A stretch of 63,232 nucleotides of DNA, counting the filler, from Ionaspis alba (Eukaryota): assembly GCA_964255285.1 (NCBI GenBank). It is 5 parts of 5 records of this genome, joined end to end, with 100 filler letters (N's around TTAATTAATTAA, not from the genome) between each part and the next. Parts side by side here need not be neighbours in the genome. Positions count along the whole stretch, not along the records: positions 1 to 12,593 come from CAXUUL010000500.1; positions 12,694 to 25,283 come from CAXUUL010000501.1; 3 more parts are not named here. One strand, written 5' to 3'. The notes below the pieces were generated by a model. The model was not told where the DNA came from and searched no databases. It saw only the letters and a list, made by a program, of their open reading frames with translations. Below, in pieces: positions 10,001 to 22,254 of the stretch (its first letter is position 1; each line of letters begins with the position of its first letter). The translations under genes and the position numbers were made by a program.

Positions 10001-12153
10001 CCCAACCACAATATCTTGCCAGACTTTTCAAGAAGATCAGGGAACAAGCTACGCCAGAGAAAGAATGTGAACGTACGAAGCATCTTATGATGGGCCTCTT
10101 TGGCTATGCCCAAAAACGGAGAGAAGAGTACTATCTACTGAAACTGATTACAAGGTCCATCAAGGAGGAGGTGGACAGCTCTCCCTCAATTCAAGACTAT
10201 CTTCGAGGAAATTTCTTCTGGGCCAAGATCTTCGGCGCTTATGTCAAGTCACCAAGAGACCGAAAGTACATGCGCGATGTTCTTGGACCAATTGTCAAGG
10301 AGAATATCATCGACAACCAGGAACTCGATCTCGAAAGCGATCCTATGCAGATCTACCTTTCTGCAATCGAGAATGAGCAATTACGGACAGGCCAGCGGAG
10401 TCACCGGAACCCAGACATCCCTCGAGAAGAAGCCATTCGAGACGAGGAGACTAAGCGAACATTCATTGCGCATTTGCAGGATCTCCGTGACATCGCTGAT
10501 CAATTCTTCGCTGCTCTGGAGGATCTGCTGCACAAGATGCCGTATGGTGTCAGGTACATTGCACGGCAGATGTTCCAGTGTCTCGTCTCGAGGTTCCAGC
10601 ACGACGAGCAAGGTCATATCCTCCAGATCGTTGGACACTGGCTCTGGAAAGGCTATCTTCATCCAGCTCTTCTTGAGCCAGAGAAGTTTGGAGTCGTCGA
10701 TCGAGGTCTGTCTCATAATCACAAGAGGAATCTTGGTGAGGTTGCAAAGGTTCTGGGACAAATTGCAGCTGGGAGATTGTTCGGCAAGGAGAATGTCTTT
10801 TTGCAACCGCTCAACAGCTACGTCGGAGAATCAATCCAGCGTCTAGGCGAGATTTGGGGAAGCCGTAAGTTACACGCGTCAAATGTAAGATGCGTGTCCT
10901 GTACTGACATCTTCAAGTGATTGATGTCCCTGATGCTGAAACTCAATTCGACATTGATGAGTTCAACGATCTCTACGCTAAGACGAAGCCAACACTATAT
11001 ATCAAGATGGCGGACATCTTCTCTATACACCATCTCGTGACGACAGATATAGCCACTATATGTCCTAGCCAAGATGACATGTTACGAGATGTTGTCCGCG
11101 AGCTTGGAAGTGCCAAGAACAACGAGAACGAGCTTATGGCAGTAAGCTCATCAGAGATTTGCCTGACTTTGAACCCAAAGCTCCACGATGTAGAAGGTAA
11201 GCCTATCTACTTCCAGCTATAGGACGAACGTTCCTGAACTAACCTACAACTCAGATCCTGACGCCGAAGTCAAAGCTCTCTTCATGGAAACCAAACGCTG
11301 CATCCTCTACATCATTCGCGTACAATCCGGCGGCAACCTCATGGAAATCATGGTCAAACCCATTACACCCGAAGACGACTCCCGCTGGCACGGCCTCATC
11401 CGTGACGAACTCTCGATTGGCAGCCGCAAACGCGGGGCCTACGCCGAAGCCAACACTCTAATCGACATCGCCGCCATGTCCTACTCCGAGCTCAAGCGCA
11501 CCGCCCTCGAAAACATCCTCCTCCTCGAACAAGCCGGTCGCCTCACGCGCCACAACCACTACCAGGACCTCCTCAACGCCATTGCCGTCGACATCCGTAC
11601 CAAGCACCGTCGGCGCATCCAACGTACCCGTGAACTCGAGGGCGTTCGTCTCACCCTTGCGCGTCTTACAGACCAGGCTGTGTATCTCGATCAGCAGCTT
11701 AAGACTTACAATGACTATATCGAGCAAGCGATGGTCACGCTACAGAACAAGAAGGGCAAGAAACGCTTCCTCATGCCCTTCACCAAGCAGTGGGACCATG
11801 AGCGCGAATTGCAGCGCTCTGGGCGCGTGCCCAAATTCGGCAGCTTCAAGTACTCGGCGCAGGATCTGGCGAACCGTGGGGTTTTGGTTGAGTGGAAGGG
11901 ATACAATGAGAGGCAGTGGGCGCAGCTGGACATCACGCTTTCGAGCAACGAGGTGGGCGTCTTCAGCATCGAGGGTAGTAATGGTAGCATTGCTATGCCC
12001 GGGGCTAGCGCCCAGGTGCCGTTGGATGATCTACTGCAGGCGCAGTATAATGGTATGCAGTTTTTGGAGTTTTTTGGGGGGGCTTTGAGGGTTAGTGTGA
12101 ATTTGTTTTTGCATTTGATTATGAGAAAGTTTTATAAGGATAGGGATTCTTGA
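7021..12153 (+). CDS. IQG1: IQGAP-family protein (Iqg1/Rng2/SepG), 3 exons
   Basis: CH domain (LQAYEYLCHIGEAKEWIE), many IQ repeats (LQAAxRG), RasGAP-related and RasGAP_C regions. Introns 10865-10917 and 11197-11254. Confidence 0.95.
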
Positions 12154-12593
12154 GTGGCTGGGGAATGGTAAGTGGTGAAGGAGCATGGATGGAGGAGGGA
12201 TTGGGGACCAAGAGTATGATGGGACGAGGAGATTGGGTAGCTAATTAGATTTGGGGAGGAGGGTGCATTGGCTGGCTGGCGTAGGTTGTGGCGGTGAGTT
12301 GATGTCTTCTGGGTTGGATTAAGGGAGGAGACTACCCTTGGTACGTTGTCAGGTGGGGTGGAGGTTTGATGTGTACATATCCCGTTTTCTTTTTCTTCAA
12401 GCATATTGGGTATCGAGTAGCAGTACTACATACAAAATTACAAATCGCACGATCCTTCTCTAAATAAGGCGAAAATGTGCGAAGTGGAATTGACATGGTC
12501 AATAGACGAAGCGAATTCCTCATGTCCTTAACGTACACCTTTGGCGGCTCTCATTAGTGCTGAAGTATTGCCAAATCCTGCTCATCCAAGACG

Positions 12594-12693
12594 NNNNNNN
12601 NNNNNNNNNNNNNNNNNNNNNNNNNNNNNNNNNNNNNTTAATTAATTAANNNNNNNNNNNNNNNNNNNNNNNNNNNNNNNNNNNNNNNNNNNN
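12594..12693. other. Assembly gap with artificial TTAATTAATTAA linker
   Basis: N run with a central six-frame-stop linker, identical in four gaps. Confidence 0.95.
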
Positions 12694-13149
12694 TTTTGGA
12701 GGAGGGGAATAAGGAGGTTGCGTGATGAGGGTTTGGGGGGTCTTGTTCCGGGAATGTGGTGTTTATTGCATTGGCGAGAAAAAGTATCTGTCTGCATGGC
12801 TTGGTGGGGGGGATCATAGCAAGGGCGATAGAGGCGTTGGGGATGGTTGATAGATTTGTGGTTTGCGTCGCACATAGCTTGAGCTTTTATAATTATGTAT
12901 ATAGCTTGGTTTTGGTATCTTCTTTGTCTATAGCTTGTCTTCGCAAATATATTGAGTGGAACTTCGAAGCTGCTTCTTAGTTTTACTCTCTGGCTAGGCC
13001 CGTATAGGGGATTCTGGGTTGGTAAAATAGCGACCTGAGTTCTAAGAACGAATTGGAAATAGCAAAGTTGTGAAAGAGTTCCCCTTCTGCAAACAAATAA
13101 ATCAACATACTCCCCGCCAAGTCCTTCCTACTGCTCGAAAGTAATTTCA

Positions 13150-16100
13150 TCAGTAGAGCACGTTGGGTTTCCAAAACCCAGCCAATTCGTCATGATCATC
13201 AGTGCCGTTTGTGTGTAGACCCGTCACTTCTCGTTCCTCTGGCTGGTACAACTTGGCAGATCTTGTCAATTCAGGTCTTCCGATATCAAAGTTACTGATG
13301 GAAGCGCTTCTTCTCGGCCTGCTTCTATGATGAAATGACGCCGGGGAGTGGCGAGACCCAGCCAGCGTGCTATCAGGCCTGGTTAAGTAACGCAAGTCTT
13401 CAGCAGGTATAAGGTCGTCCTCAAAATCGTACGGGGACTCAACGATTCCTTCAGCCTCTGGCAAATCATGCCACTGATGCTCATGTTCTAGTGCACTTGG
13501 ATGTCCTAGGAGTCCATTCTCCTGGAACATATTGTAGTCATCGTCGTGGTACGTTTGATCGGAAACAGCCTTGCCGTCACATTGTCGGACAATGCTTGTC
13601 TGGTGTGGTCTATGAACAGTAGACTCAAGAGACTGCGGTGTCCCGTATGGGCGAGATGCCGATGGGCGAGCAGCCCAGATGAACGGCGCGCTCTGTAATG
13701 ATAACCGATTCGGTGCGTACAGCTTTCGAGGTGATGACTCTTCTGCTTGCATCTGCCGCTCGTAGATTGATGGTCCTTCTCGCCACCTGGTACTGACGGG
13801 CTGCACGTATGGCTGGCTGGCAGGACGTGAAACACACACCGGAGTCGCATGTGGCCCTCTGGATCTCCGGTCATTGTTGATGGCGGGCGCTCGCGGTAAA
13901 GGCAATCTAGGAGCCTCGCCAGTATCCCAAAGTACGATGGTAGATTGGCTGTTGGGAGCTCCGGGTAAGGATATTCCGTGGTCGTTATGCGATTCTTGTA
14001 CAGCTGATGAAGGTCGAGAGGCTGGCACGTTTGGGCTTGGCATCAGAGGAGGAGTTGGGAGAGCTTGTGGAGGTTCAGTAGTATTATGTGCAATCTGCTC
14101 TTGTCTCTGTGCGTCTTGGTTGAGAGAACCAGGATGCTCTGTTTCGTCTCTCTTCTCCTTCTGTTCAGGTGCAGGGTTTCGAAGACTGTCGACAACATCT
14201 GTAGGAATCATGACTTTATCTTTCCACTTATCGATCAGCTTATCGAGTGCTTGAGTGAAGAGACCCTGATCGTCTTGATTATCGAGTCCACTAGATTCGG
14301 TACCCCTGTTGACGTCTGGATGAGGAGGGCTCTCCGGCTTCGACATGCTATTCAGCTGGCCATCCATTTTTGTTGTCTCTGCCGGAATTTGAAGCTTTGG
14401 CTGAGGTAGTTCAGGAGACTTCTCCCTTTCTGCAGGCCTTGATTTATTTACCATGTCTTCGGTGGAGCTCTGATGAGATCGAGGAGGACGTCTTCTTGGG
14501 GTGATGTTTAGTCGCGGTCTGGGAGGGTGGTTTTCTTTACCCTCTGAGCTTAAAATGGTACCCTGGGTCGTAGAAGTGTGTCCCTGTTTAGGTCTATTGT
14601 TGCTTCCATCTTGGTTCGCCAGCTGATTTTGGTGTGGTATCGACGGCCTGATATCCTTGGGTATAGATGGACTAGAGATCAGGATTCGCCTGTTAGCTTC
14701 TCTACCATGTCTCAAGCACGGTTGTACCATATCGGGACTCTTAGACCAAGATAGTAGGCTTGTTGACGGTATCAACACCCGTGCGGGCTGTCGCTTGCCT
14801 AGAGATACTGCAGAAGCAAGGATCTCGTCGAGCTCCTTCGATGCTGGACGTGGTCCACGCTTCCCGAAACCCAGGAAGGGTACTTCAGGTAAATCAATAG
14901 GCTGAGCTGATGAATCCACAACGCTCGAAGAGTAGTGAGGCTTCTCCCGTGTAGCTCTCGCTCTTCTATGCCTCTCATCGCCGATCCCACGTGCGGAGTC
15001 ATGGTTTTTAATTCTTTGTGAGTTTACGGTCGATCCGAAGAAGCGTGAGATCCTCTCGTCATCTTCTGCAGCCTTCCTTCTTTTGCTTAGCTGCTTGTTC
15101 TGGGCCTTCGGACTTGGCTCTGCAGCTCCCGATTGACGAGCGTTGAGGAAGTTCATCTCGGAAAACGTAAGATCTGGGACTAGCCAGAATACATGTTAGA
15201 CTCTGAATAGCTCAAGCATATACTCCTTCGATGCCGACTTACGTCCTCTTCTCTTAACGGGTTCGGAAGCCCGGCCTAATGCAAACAGACCTAGCTTTGA
15301 GCCTGGCCGCAACTATCTCGGTCAGCATATCCAGTCGTGAATCAAGTATTGCGATGAATGTAAGATAGCTCTAACGTACGGTAAGTCTTTCCGACGCGAC
15401 ATTGTCTGCGGTAAAGTTGTGCAATAGGGCTGCGCCGTGTCTCTCACTGTGCTTATGCCTCTTCCTCGTCCGAGCTTTCTTCTCTTTGCTCGGCCTCCCA
15501 GTCTTGTCCTTCTTGATATCGTACTTGTCCCATTTTGTCTTGTGGCGCGCCTTTCTCTCATAGGTCTTTGCAGGTCGCAAGAGGGATGAGACTGATGATG
15601 TAGTGAGGGACTGGGCGTCGGAAAACAGCGCGTGGTCATCACTCTCATGCCTATGCCTCCTTTCAGAATGCCTGTAGTGTTTCTTCTCAGCGTGATGTCT
15701 CAGCTCAGCGGGTTCGTCGAATATCGCGGGCTCGAGGTAGGAAGTCTCTGAGGAGCTGCGCTTCCGCTTTCGTCTTTGATACATGTCAAGTACGGTATTA
15801 TCCTTGTCCACATTCTTCGCTTCCATGCGACGGAAGGGCGTATGTAATCCAATTCGCTCCGCAAGATTGCGAGGATCGCTCCCGCACTCCGCTGGTTGTG
15901 CACGTCTTCTTCCTATTCCTTAGCATCGGGCAGTCAGTCTCTCTGACCCACTCAAGACTAGAAACATGAACACAGTGGGCTTGATGGCATACCACAAGCA
16001 CCTTGTACATCTCCTTCTTGTCGCGGTACACAATCTGCTTCTTCTTCGAGTCGGCTGCGGCCGCCTTTGGTTACGGTGTACTCTTTATTACAACGGCTAG

Positions 16101-16245
16101 TGTTGTAATCATCGTGGTGATGTGTCGTTCCGCGTCTCTCATACTGAATTGTCGGTACAGTTTGTTCCCGAGTGGCGTCTCCTCCCGCACGCGCAAGCCA
16201 GTCTCGTATGGCCTTTCTTGGAGACTGTCGCCGTTCAAGAGCCAT
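13150..16245 (-). CDS. Hypothetical low-complexity/basic protein, multi-exon
   Basis: ORFs 15958-16245, 15371-15826 and 13150-15156 can be joined through canonical introns (~15313-15377, ~15180-15242 and one near 15.9 kb). Motifs YERKARHKTKWDKYD, NFTADNVASERLT and PDLTFSEMNFL. Confidence 0.7.
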
Positions 16246-17973
16246 GAAATCGCGAGGATTAGAGGCATAGAAAATGTAACATTGGACGAAAAACTAGGAT
16301 TGCTAGTTAAGAGGCTCTGGTATCTTAGTGGCATGAAGTGACGGGAGAGAGCTCGACAGGAAATGATGTGGGATGAGATACTTGCTGAAGATGTAAGCAG
16401 AAAGAAAACTTTCCGAAATAGGAAGGGACGATCAGCGATGAGACGGGTTGTACTGGTCAGCCTTAGGGTTCATGAACAAGCGAGTATGGCCAGAATTCGT
16501 TCAACGAGATCCCCATAGCTGTGAAGATGAACTCAACATCAACTTACTCTCTTGTTTGACTGTTTTGAGAAAGTCAAAGACAAGGCTCTTTGTGCAGGGC
16601 GAAAAGGATTGAAAGATGCGCCTCCCAGCTGAGCGACACAGCTGCGGCATTTCCATGCAGTCTGAGATCAGCAGCTTGAGCCAATGTTCTCGTTAGAGGG
16701 GGAACAGTGGTTGTTCTTTGATGACTAGAGCCTCGGAAAGCCGGACGGCTCGCACCTTACACGTTTTCACAAATAGTATTGGCAAAAGCTATGTGATCCA
16801 TATCTTATGGCATTGCCACACTCCTCGATCACATTAGGGGCGGATGCCCAAGCATCTGCTTGGTAGATATTGCGTAGGTTAAGTATAGCACCAACTTGCA
16901 TCGGGAAGATTTGCGAATTGCATTATTCGATAGAGCGTGTGTAGATCTTGAACCGCGGCGGAGCTATCAAGCATGAAGATGGCGAATGCCAGGCTATCAT
17001 TGTCGAAAAAGTGTATGTGAAAGCTTTCCATTTCGAGATCCCTGAACTGCAACGAAGGAGGCCGCCATGCGACAATCCTAAGTCTAGCACTCCGATTACT
17101 CTGTAATGTAATGGGAGCAAAAAACACAAGGGATGAAGGCGCTCGCCACTTGGCTATGCATGCCTCGGGTCGAGGGCAAAGACAGAGGAGAGCGATGGGA
17201 AGGAGAAGATTGCCTTGCTCGCTTTTTTCTCGAAGTGCAAAGCTCATATGGCAATTGAAGACAAAAGGAACAGTATGGATGGCACTTTCAAAGCACTGAA
17301 CATCCCGGAGGAGATCACCGCACATGATAATGCAGCGGAATTGGTAGCAACGGGAGATACGCTGTGGAGAATAGAACTTGAACATAGCAGTTTACCACGA
17401 TCCTTTCTGGCATTCTTTAGTTGCATCATCCTATCATGGCACCCTTCCCACCAAATGATCTGTCGTTCTGCTTGACATGTCCTTGCGGCCTTTGAAATCT
17501 TCAAAAGCCATAAACCCGTGCGTCAATATTGAGTCGCCATATCGAGGCATAAGAGAGTAGTACACCTCGTCGAAAGAAGATCAGCATTTGGCGGTTGCGC
17601 TAATGCATAACAGGATCTCGGAATGTCCATATCAAGCTATACGGATGTGCCTTCCAAGGAGGAATTATGTGACTGAGGCAGCCACCGCATGCAATCAGGG
17701 GGGAAGGCACACGTATATCTCGCCGGTTGGGAACGGCAGACACTATACTATTGACGAATTTGCACAATTCGGGATAGAACTACTTGAGAACGCAAAACAG
17801 GTTGTAATGGTGGTCCAATATTATATTATCGGGTAAGTACTCAAGATTACAAATATCATGCCCGTTTACGTGCTGCAGATTTCAGGGACAACACACGACT
17901 TCAAGCATTCAAGACAGGAGGGAAGTCGCCAGCATAATCTTTAGTGTGATTGGATGTTACAAATGGTTTCATC

Positions 17974-19647
17974 TCACAACTCCTCATGCTTGATATCCTC
18001 CTTCTGAACCGGTTTCCCAGGCTTAGGGGGCTCCGTATCCTCCTTTACCTCCTCGAGCTTAAGCTCGATTGGCTCCTCGACCTTCGGCTCGACCTTTTGC
18101 TCCACGGTCTCCACAACCAGCCCCTCTGGGAGCTTTTCCTTCTTCCCCTCTCCTAGTCGAATCCCATCGACCCATCCCTCGATTTCCATTAGTCCGAAAC
18201 CTTTATCCGAACCAAAATGTCTCCACCAAGCTCTCCTACCATTGACAGCCACCACCTCCATCTCGTCCTTCAAGCCGAGTCCGGTTCTCAAGCTTTTGGC
18301 CATGGGGTTTGATCCAGAAACCGCAAAGAAAGGGAACAGATGGCTGCCGCGCATTTTGTGCTTCTCGGCTATTTCGCTTAGGCTGGATAGGGCGGGGTTG
18401 GAGACGTCGCTCAGTTCGGAGCCCGTGCCGGCGGATGGTGGAAGAAGAGCAAGGATACAAGTGGGGGTCTTTGGACCAAGACATTTGGCTTGAAGTTCCG
18501 CTTCTGTTCTAAGCATAGTGAGGGGAGGTGCCACTGGCATAGGAGCTGGCGTCGGTGCATCCTCTGAAGCCACAACTGGATCTGGGGAGGTTGTAGCGCC
18601 GGGCTCCTCGACTGTGAGGGTGGTGGCTGAAGCAGCGGACTCCGAAGCTTCGGCTGAGGCGTGAGAGGAGGATGCCTCCGAGAAGGTAGAGGCATCCGAA
18701 GAGGACTTGGAACTGGAGGCTTTCTTCTCCTGTTTGTCCTTCTTGTCGGCAATGGGTTTTTGTTTGGCTGGCTGGGAGTCTGGTGGGAATGCGGTCGTGA
18801 GGGGTGCATATTTGTTGAGGAACTCCGTCATTGGTGCTTTCTTCATATCTCCATCATACACGACCGCTGCAGCCTCACCACCCGGGAGGACAAGGAGGGT
18901 TGGATACGTGGTTATCCCGAATGTCAAGACTGCTTCCAGTTCCGTATCCCTGATTTGTGCAAAATTCATATTCCCAACGAAATCAGATGCCAGGACCTTG
19001 ATGAGTGCGGATGTTGTACCCTTGTCACTAAAGAGAATTGCTTTGGCTGTTTCGTTACTCTCCTTGAGCCATCCTGCGAGATCTTTGTCTGCCACTCTCT
19101 TGACATAGTTCGGGATGATGCCTTTCACAGCTTCCACTATCCCCTTCGCCGTCCGAGGACCCTGGTAATCAACTATGATGGGTTTGCCGATCTTTAGCGT
19201 TGGTCGAACGGTCTTGAGTGTAGGGAAGCCTTGAATGCCCATGCTCCCGCAGAAGGCTTTGTTGCTCTCATCGTCGCAGTTGACTGCTGCGACTTGGGCT
19301 AGACCTTCGAGACTTTGGGCAGCCTTCTCAAAAGCGGGCTTAAGGTTCTTGCAATGGCCGCACCAGGGCGCGTAGAACCTATGTTGACAATGAATATAGG
19401 AAGACTATTCAAGTGCGGTAGGCTTACTCTACTATCTACGGTCGTTGTTAGCCATAGGTATCCAAGAGGTATCCAAGGAAGAAGTTGAATTGCTTACAGA
19501 AGCTTGGGTCGACTTCTTGATGAGCTCGTCAAAGTTCTTCCCAGTGATTTGGAGGACCGGCGAGCTTTTGGAGTAGAGCCCATCAGCGGTTGCAAGCGGT
19601 ATAAGGAGTACAGCAGTAAGAGCTGCTAGAGAGCGTGGGAGGTGCAT
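17974..19647 (-). CDS. prpA: ER protein disulfide isomerase-related protein (PrpA/Mpd1-like)
   Basis: Signal peptide, FYAPWCGHC thioredoxin motif and C-terminal HEEL. Introns 19436-19497 and 19379-19427 flank an 8-nt exon. Confidence 0.9.
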
Positions 19648-19998
19648 ACTGGATACTTGAGAGCACGATAATCAGAAACTCAACAAATGAGAAGGTTACT
19701 GACCACCTTGGTGAAGGATCATTGTTGACAGCTGTTCTTCTCAGCCTTTTAGACCTTCAATCGACCGCTTGCTGCATCTAACCGAGATGTGGGGCTTAGC
19801 GTTGACGCGTGACAGGGTTCATCATTGGCTTCACCCTATCCGACCAAGCTCCTTTCACCAATACCTACGAGAACAAATATTGATATTGAAAGCACATACT
19901 AGCACGCTTTGACATTTGATCGAAATCATTGAGCTTCGGCTTCTTGTATTCAATTTCCCAAGTGTATCAGGAAATAGGGGTATTGAATATTGTAAATC

Positions 19999-21481
19999 AT
20001 GGCGACTAGCGTTCCCACAGCATTGAAATCGGCGGATATTTCCCGCTTTGCTATGAGAGCTACTCAGGTTGAGAAGGCAAAGCCAGCCTTGGCTTATTGG
20101 TGTTAGTGCTCTGCAGAGCTCAAACTACGAAAATAGTAACTGATAGTTCAGTGTAGGCTATTACTGGGTCGTCAATCAAATCTTATCAAAAGGCCTCCAT
20201 CAAACGGATGATGAGTGCATGACATATACGATGACACTCATGGATAAGCTTGAGCAGGTGCGGTATCAAAGAGAGAGATATTAGGTTAAGACTGATTAAT
20301 ATCAGCTGAAACAAGAACATGCTCAAGATGACGCTGTTATCGATGATATAGCTGGCCAAGCATATACCGAACAATTCGGTTTAGAAACGTTCGCTAGAGC
20401 AGATAATGCCGTTAGAGCGAACAAGGCTTCGCGACAGACCGCCGATACCTTTCAAGCTGCTGCTACATTTTTGGAACTCTCGCACATCTGGGGGTCGCTG
20501 GACGATGATATTGCATCCAAGATCAAATTTGCAAAATATCATGCTCTCCGCATTGCGAAGGCCTTAAAGGCTGGAGAAGATCCGAATTTGACCAATCCTG
20601 CCCCAGAGCCAATATCCGAACAACAGCAGTCACAGCTGGACCCGAATGGCCCTGAAGTTCAAGCTTTAAGCGGCACGGATGCTGCAACAAGTGACCCTCA
20701 TGCATCTCGGCAACCTTCTGTGGAAGAAGTTCCTGACGAGCACGATCGTCTGCAACCAAGATTGGCTCGAATCTCTACTCTAGATCAGTCATTACATCCA
20801 TCGAGAGCGCCTTCGATTCCAAGACCCTCCGGTGAGAATTATACTCAAGACTCTTCCGTCGGAAGACAACCTCCTCAAAGTGGTTCTGGTGAAGACTTCT
20901 ATAAGTCCGTGTCCCAGAATGACGTCTCTCCTCTGGCACCCCAGGATGACGCTGATACGAGTGGATATTTCCCAAGGGTCCCTGAAGGATACTCTGATGA
21001 AAGCCATCTCACGTTGCCAGAGACGCCCTCTCAACGTCCAGGCTCTTCGTCATCCGGGACCGTCCCATATTTACCACCTAGACCAAAATCTCCTCCTAGA
21101 GATGTTACTGGTTCTTCTAATACACATCAGCCTACGTCTTTTGTTCCTCCCGCCGCCCAACCTCCCCAGACAGCTCCTATGGATGTGCCACGTTACCCTC
21201 CACCTCCACAACAGCCTTCATATCCTTCATATCCTCCGCCTTCACGTACTATCTCTAGTCAATCAGCTCCCAGAGGGTTGTCTCAAGCTTCTACTGCTCC
21301 CTTGCCTCCAAGGACAAGCGCTCCGCGATTAGACAGTGGAACCAATTATGTGGCCGATGAGGAGGCCATCATGAAGGCACAGAAGCATGCGAGGTGGGCA
21401 ATATCAGCACTGAACTTTGAAGATGTGAACACTGCCGTGAAGGAGTTGAGAGGAGCCTTGAACGCGTTAGGAGCTTCGTGA
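19999..21481 (+). CDS. VTA1: Vta1, ESCRT Vps4 cofactor, 3 exons
   Basis: N-terminal MIT region (KPALAYW, KIKFAKYHALRIAKALKAGEDPN) and C-terminal VSL (AQKHARWAISALNFEDVNTA). Introns ~20102-20156 and ~20258-20305. Confidence 0.93.
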
Positions 21482-21724
21482 GACGCCTCGATGAAATATA
21501 TGCGTGCTCCCGAAACACTGCGAACAGATACCCAGCTAGCGAACAAATTTGACTTGACCTCAAAACTCTTCTCCTTATTTGTCGTGCCAAATTAACACAA
21601 AAGGAATAAACACATCGAAGTCTTTTCAAAATCTATCTCCGTTTACACGGGGCTAGTATGCCAATGACCCGCGAAGCCAAGCCAAATGGAGGGCTTAGTC
21701 ACGTGCGGCGCCTCATGTGTTGTC

Positions 21725-21986
21725 TAGGGATCCTGTAAAAGATCCGTTGTAAAAATACCGTATAAATTGATTTTAAAATTTTCAGTGAAGGTTAACTTTT
21801 TCTGTAAAAGTAAAAAAGTCTAACCTAATCGGGAAGCTTCTAGCCTATTCGGATAGATAAGCTTTACTTAATTAAGAAGGTAAAATCAAAAGGAGGAAAT
21901 ATATCTTCAGGGTCTTTTGTAATTTTTTCACTTCCTGGTAACAGTTACTGTACGGGTTATCTTTTTCATGAAAATTTAGAACCCTA
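21725..21986. mobile_element. hAT-type non-autonomous element (MITE), 262 bp, 8-bp TSD
   Basis: Starts TAGGGATCC and ends AGAACCCTA. Direct repeat GTGTTGTC at 21717-21724 and 21987-21994. AT-rich non-coding interior. Confidence 0.85.
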
Positions 21987-22254
21987 GTGTTGTCCCTGTT
22001 TTTCATTCTCTCCTCTCCTCTCTCTATTCACATGGACCGCCACCTCACACTAATATGATTGAAGATCATTGAACAACTTCGTTTTTGTTTCGATACATCT
22101 TTTGCCAAATACGTACTATGAGCGGGACCTTGAACCATTCAACGAGATTCAGACAAGCTTGACCGATTGTTTTGTTCGCTTCTCATTCTTACTCTCTCGT
22201 TCTCATCTTCCAGCCTCATCTCATCTCGTCTCCTTTTATGATTTGGTTTGATGC

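Noticed and set aside
12638..12649. Recurrent palindrome TTAATTAATTAA (also at ~25328, ~38009, ~50651)
   Set aside because: Always centred in N runs, so it is an artificial six-frame-stop linker. Gene adjacency across these gaps is not reliable.
16879..17836. Several overlapping short ORFs between the hypothetical gene and prpA
   Set aside because: No motif or consistent splice pattern. Possibly a relic, but unsupported.
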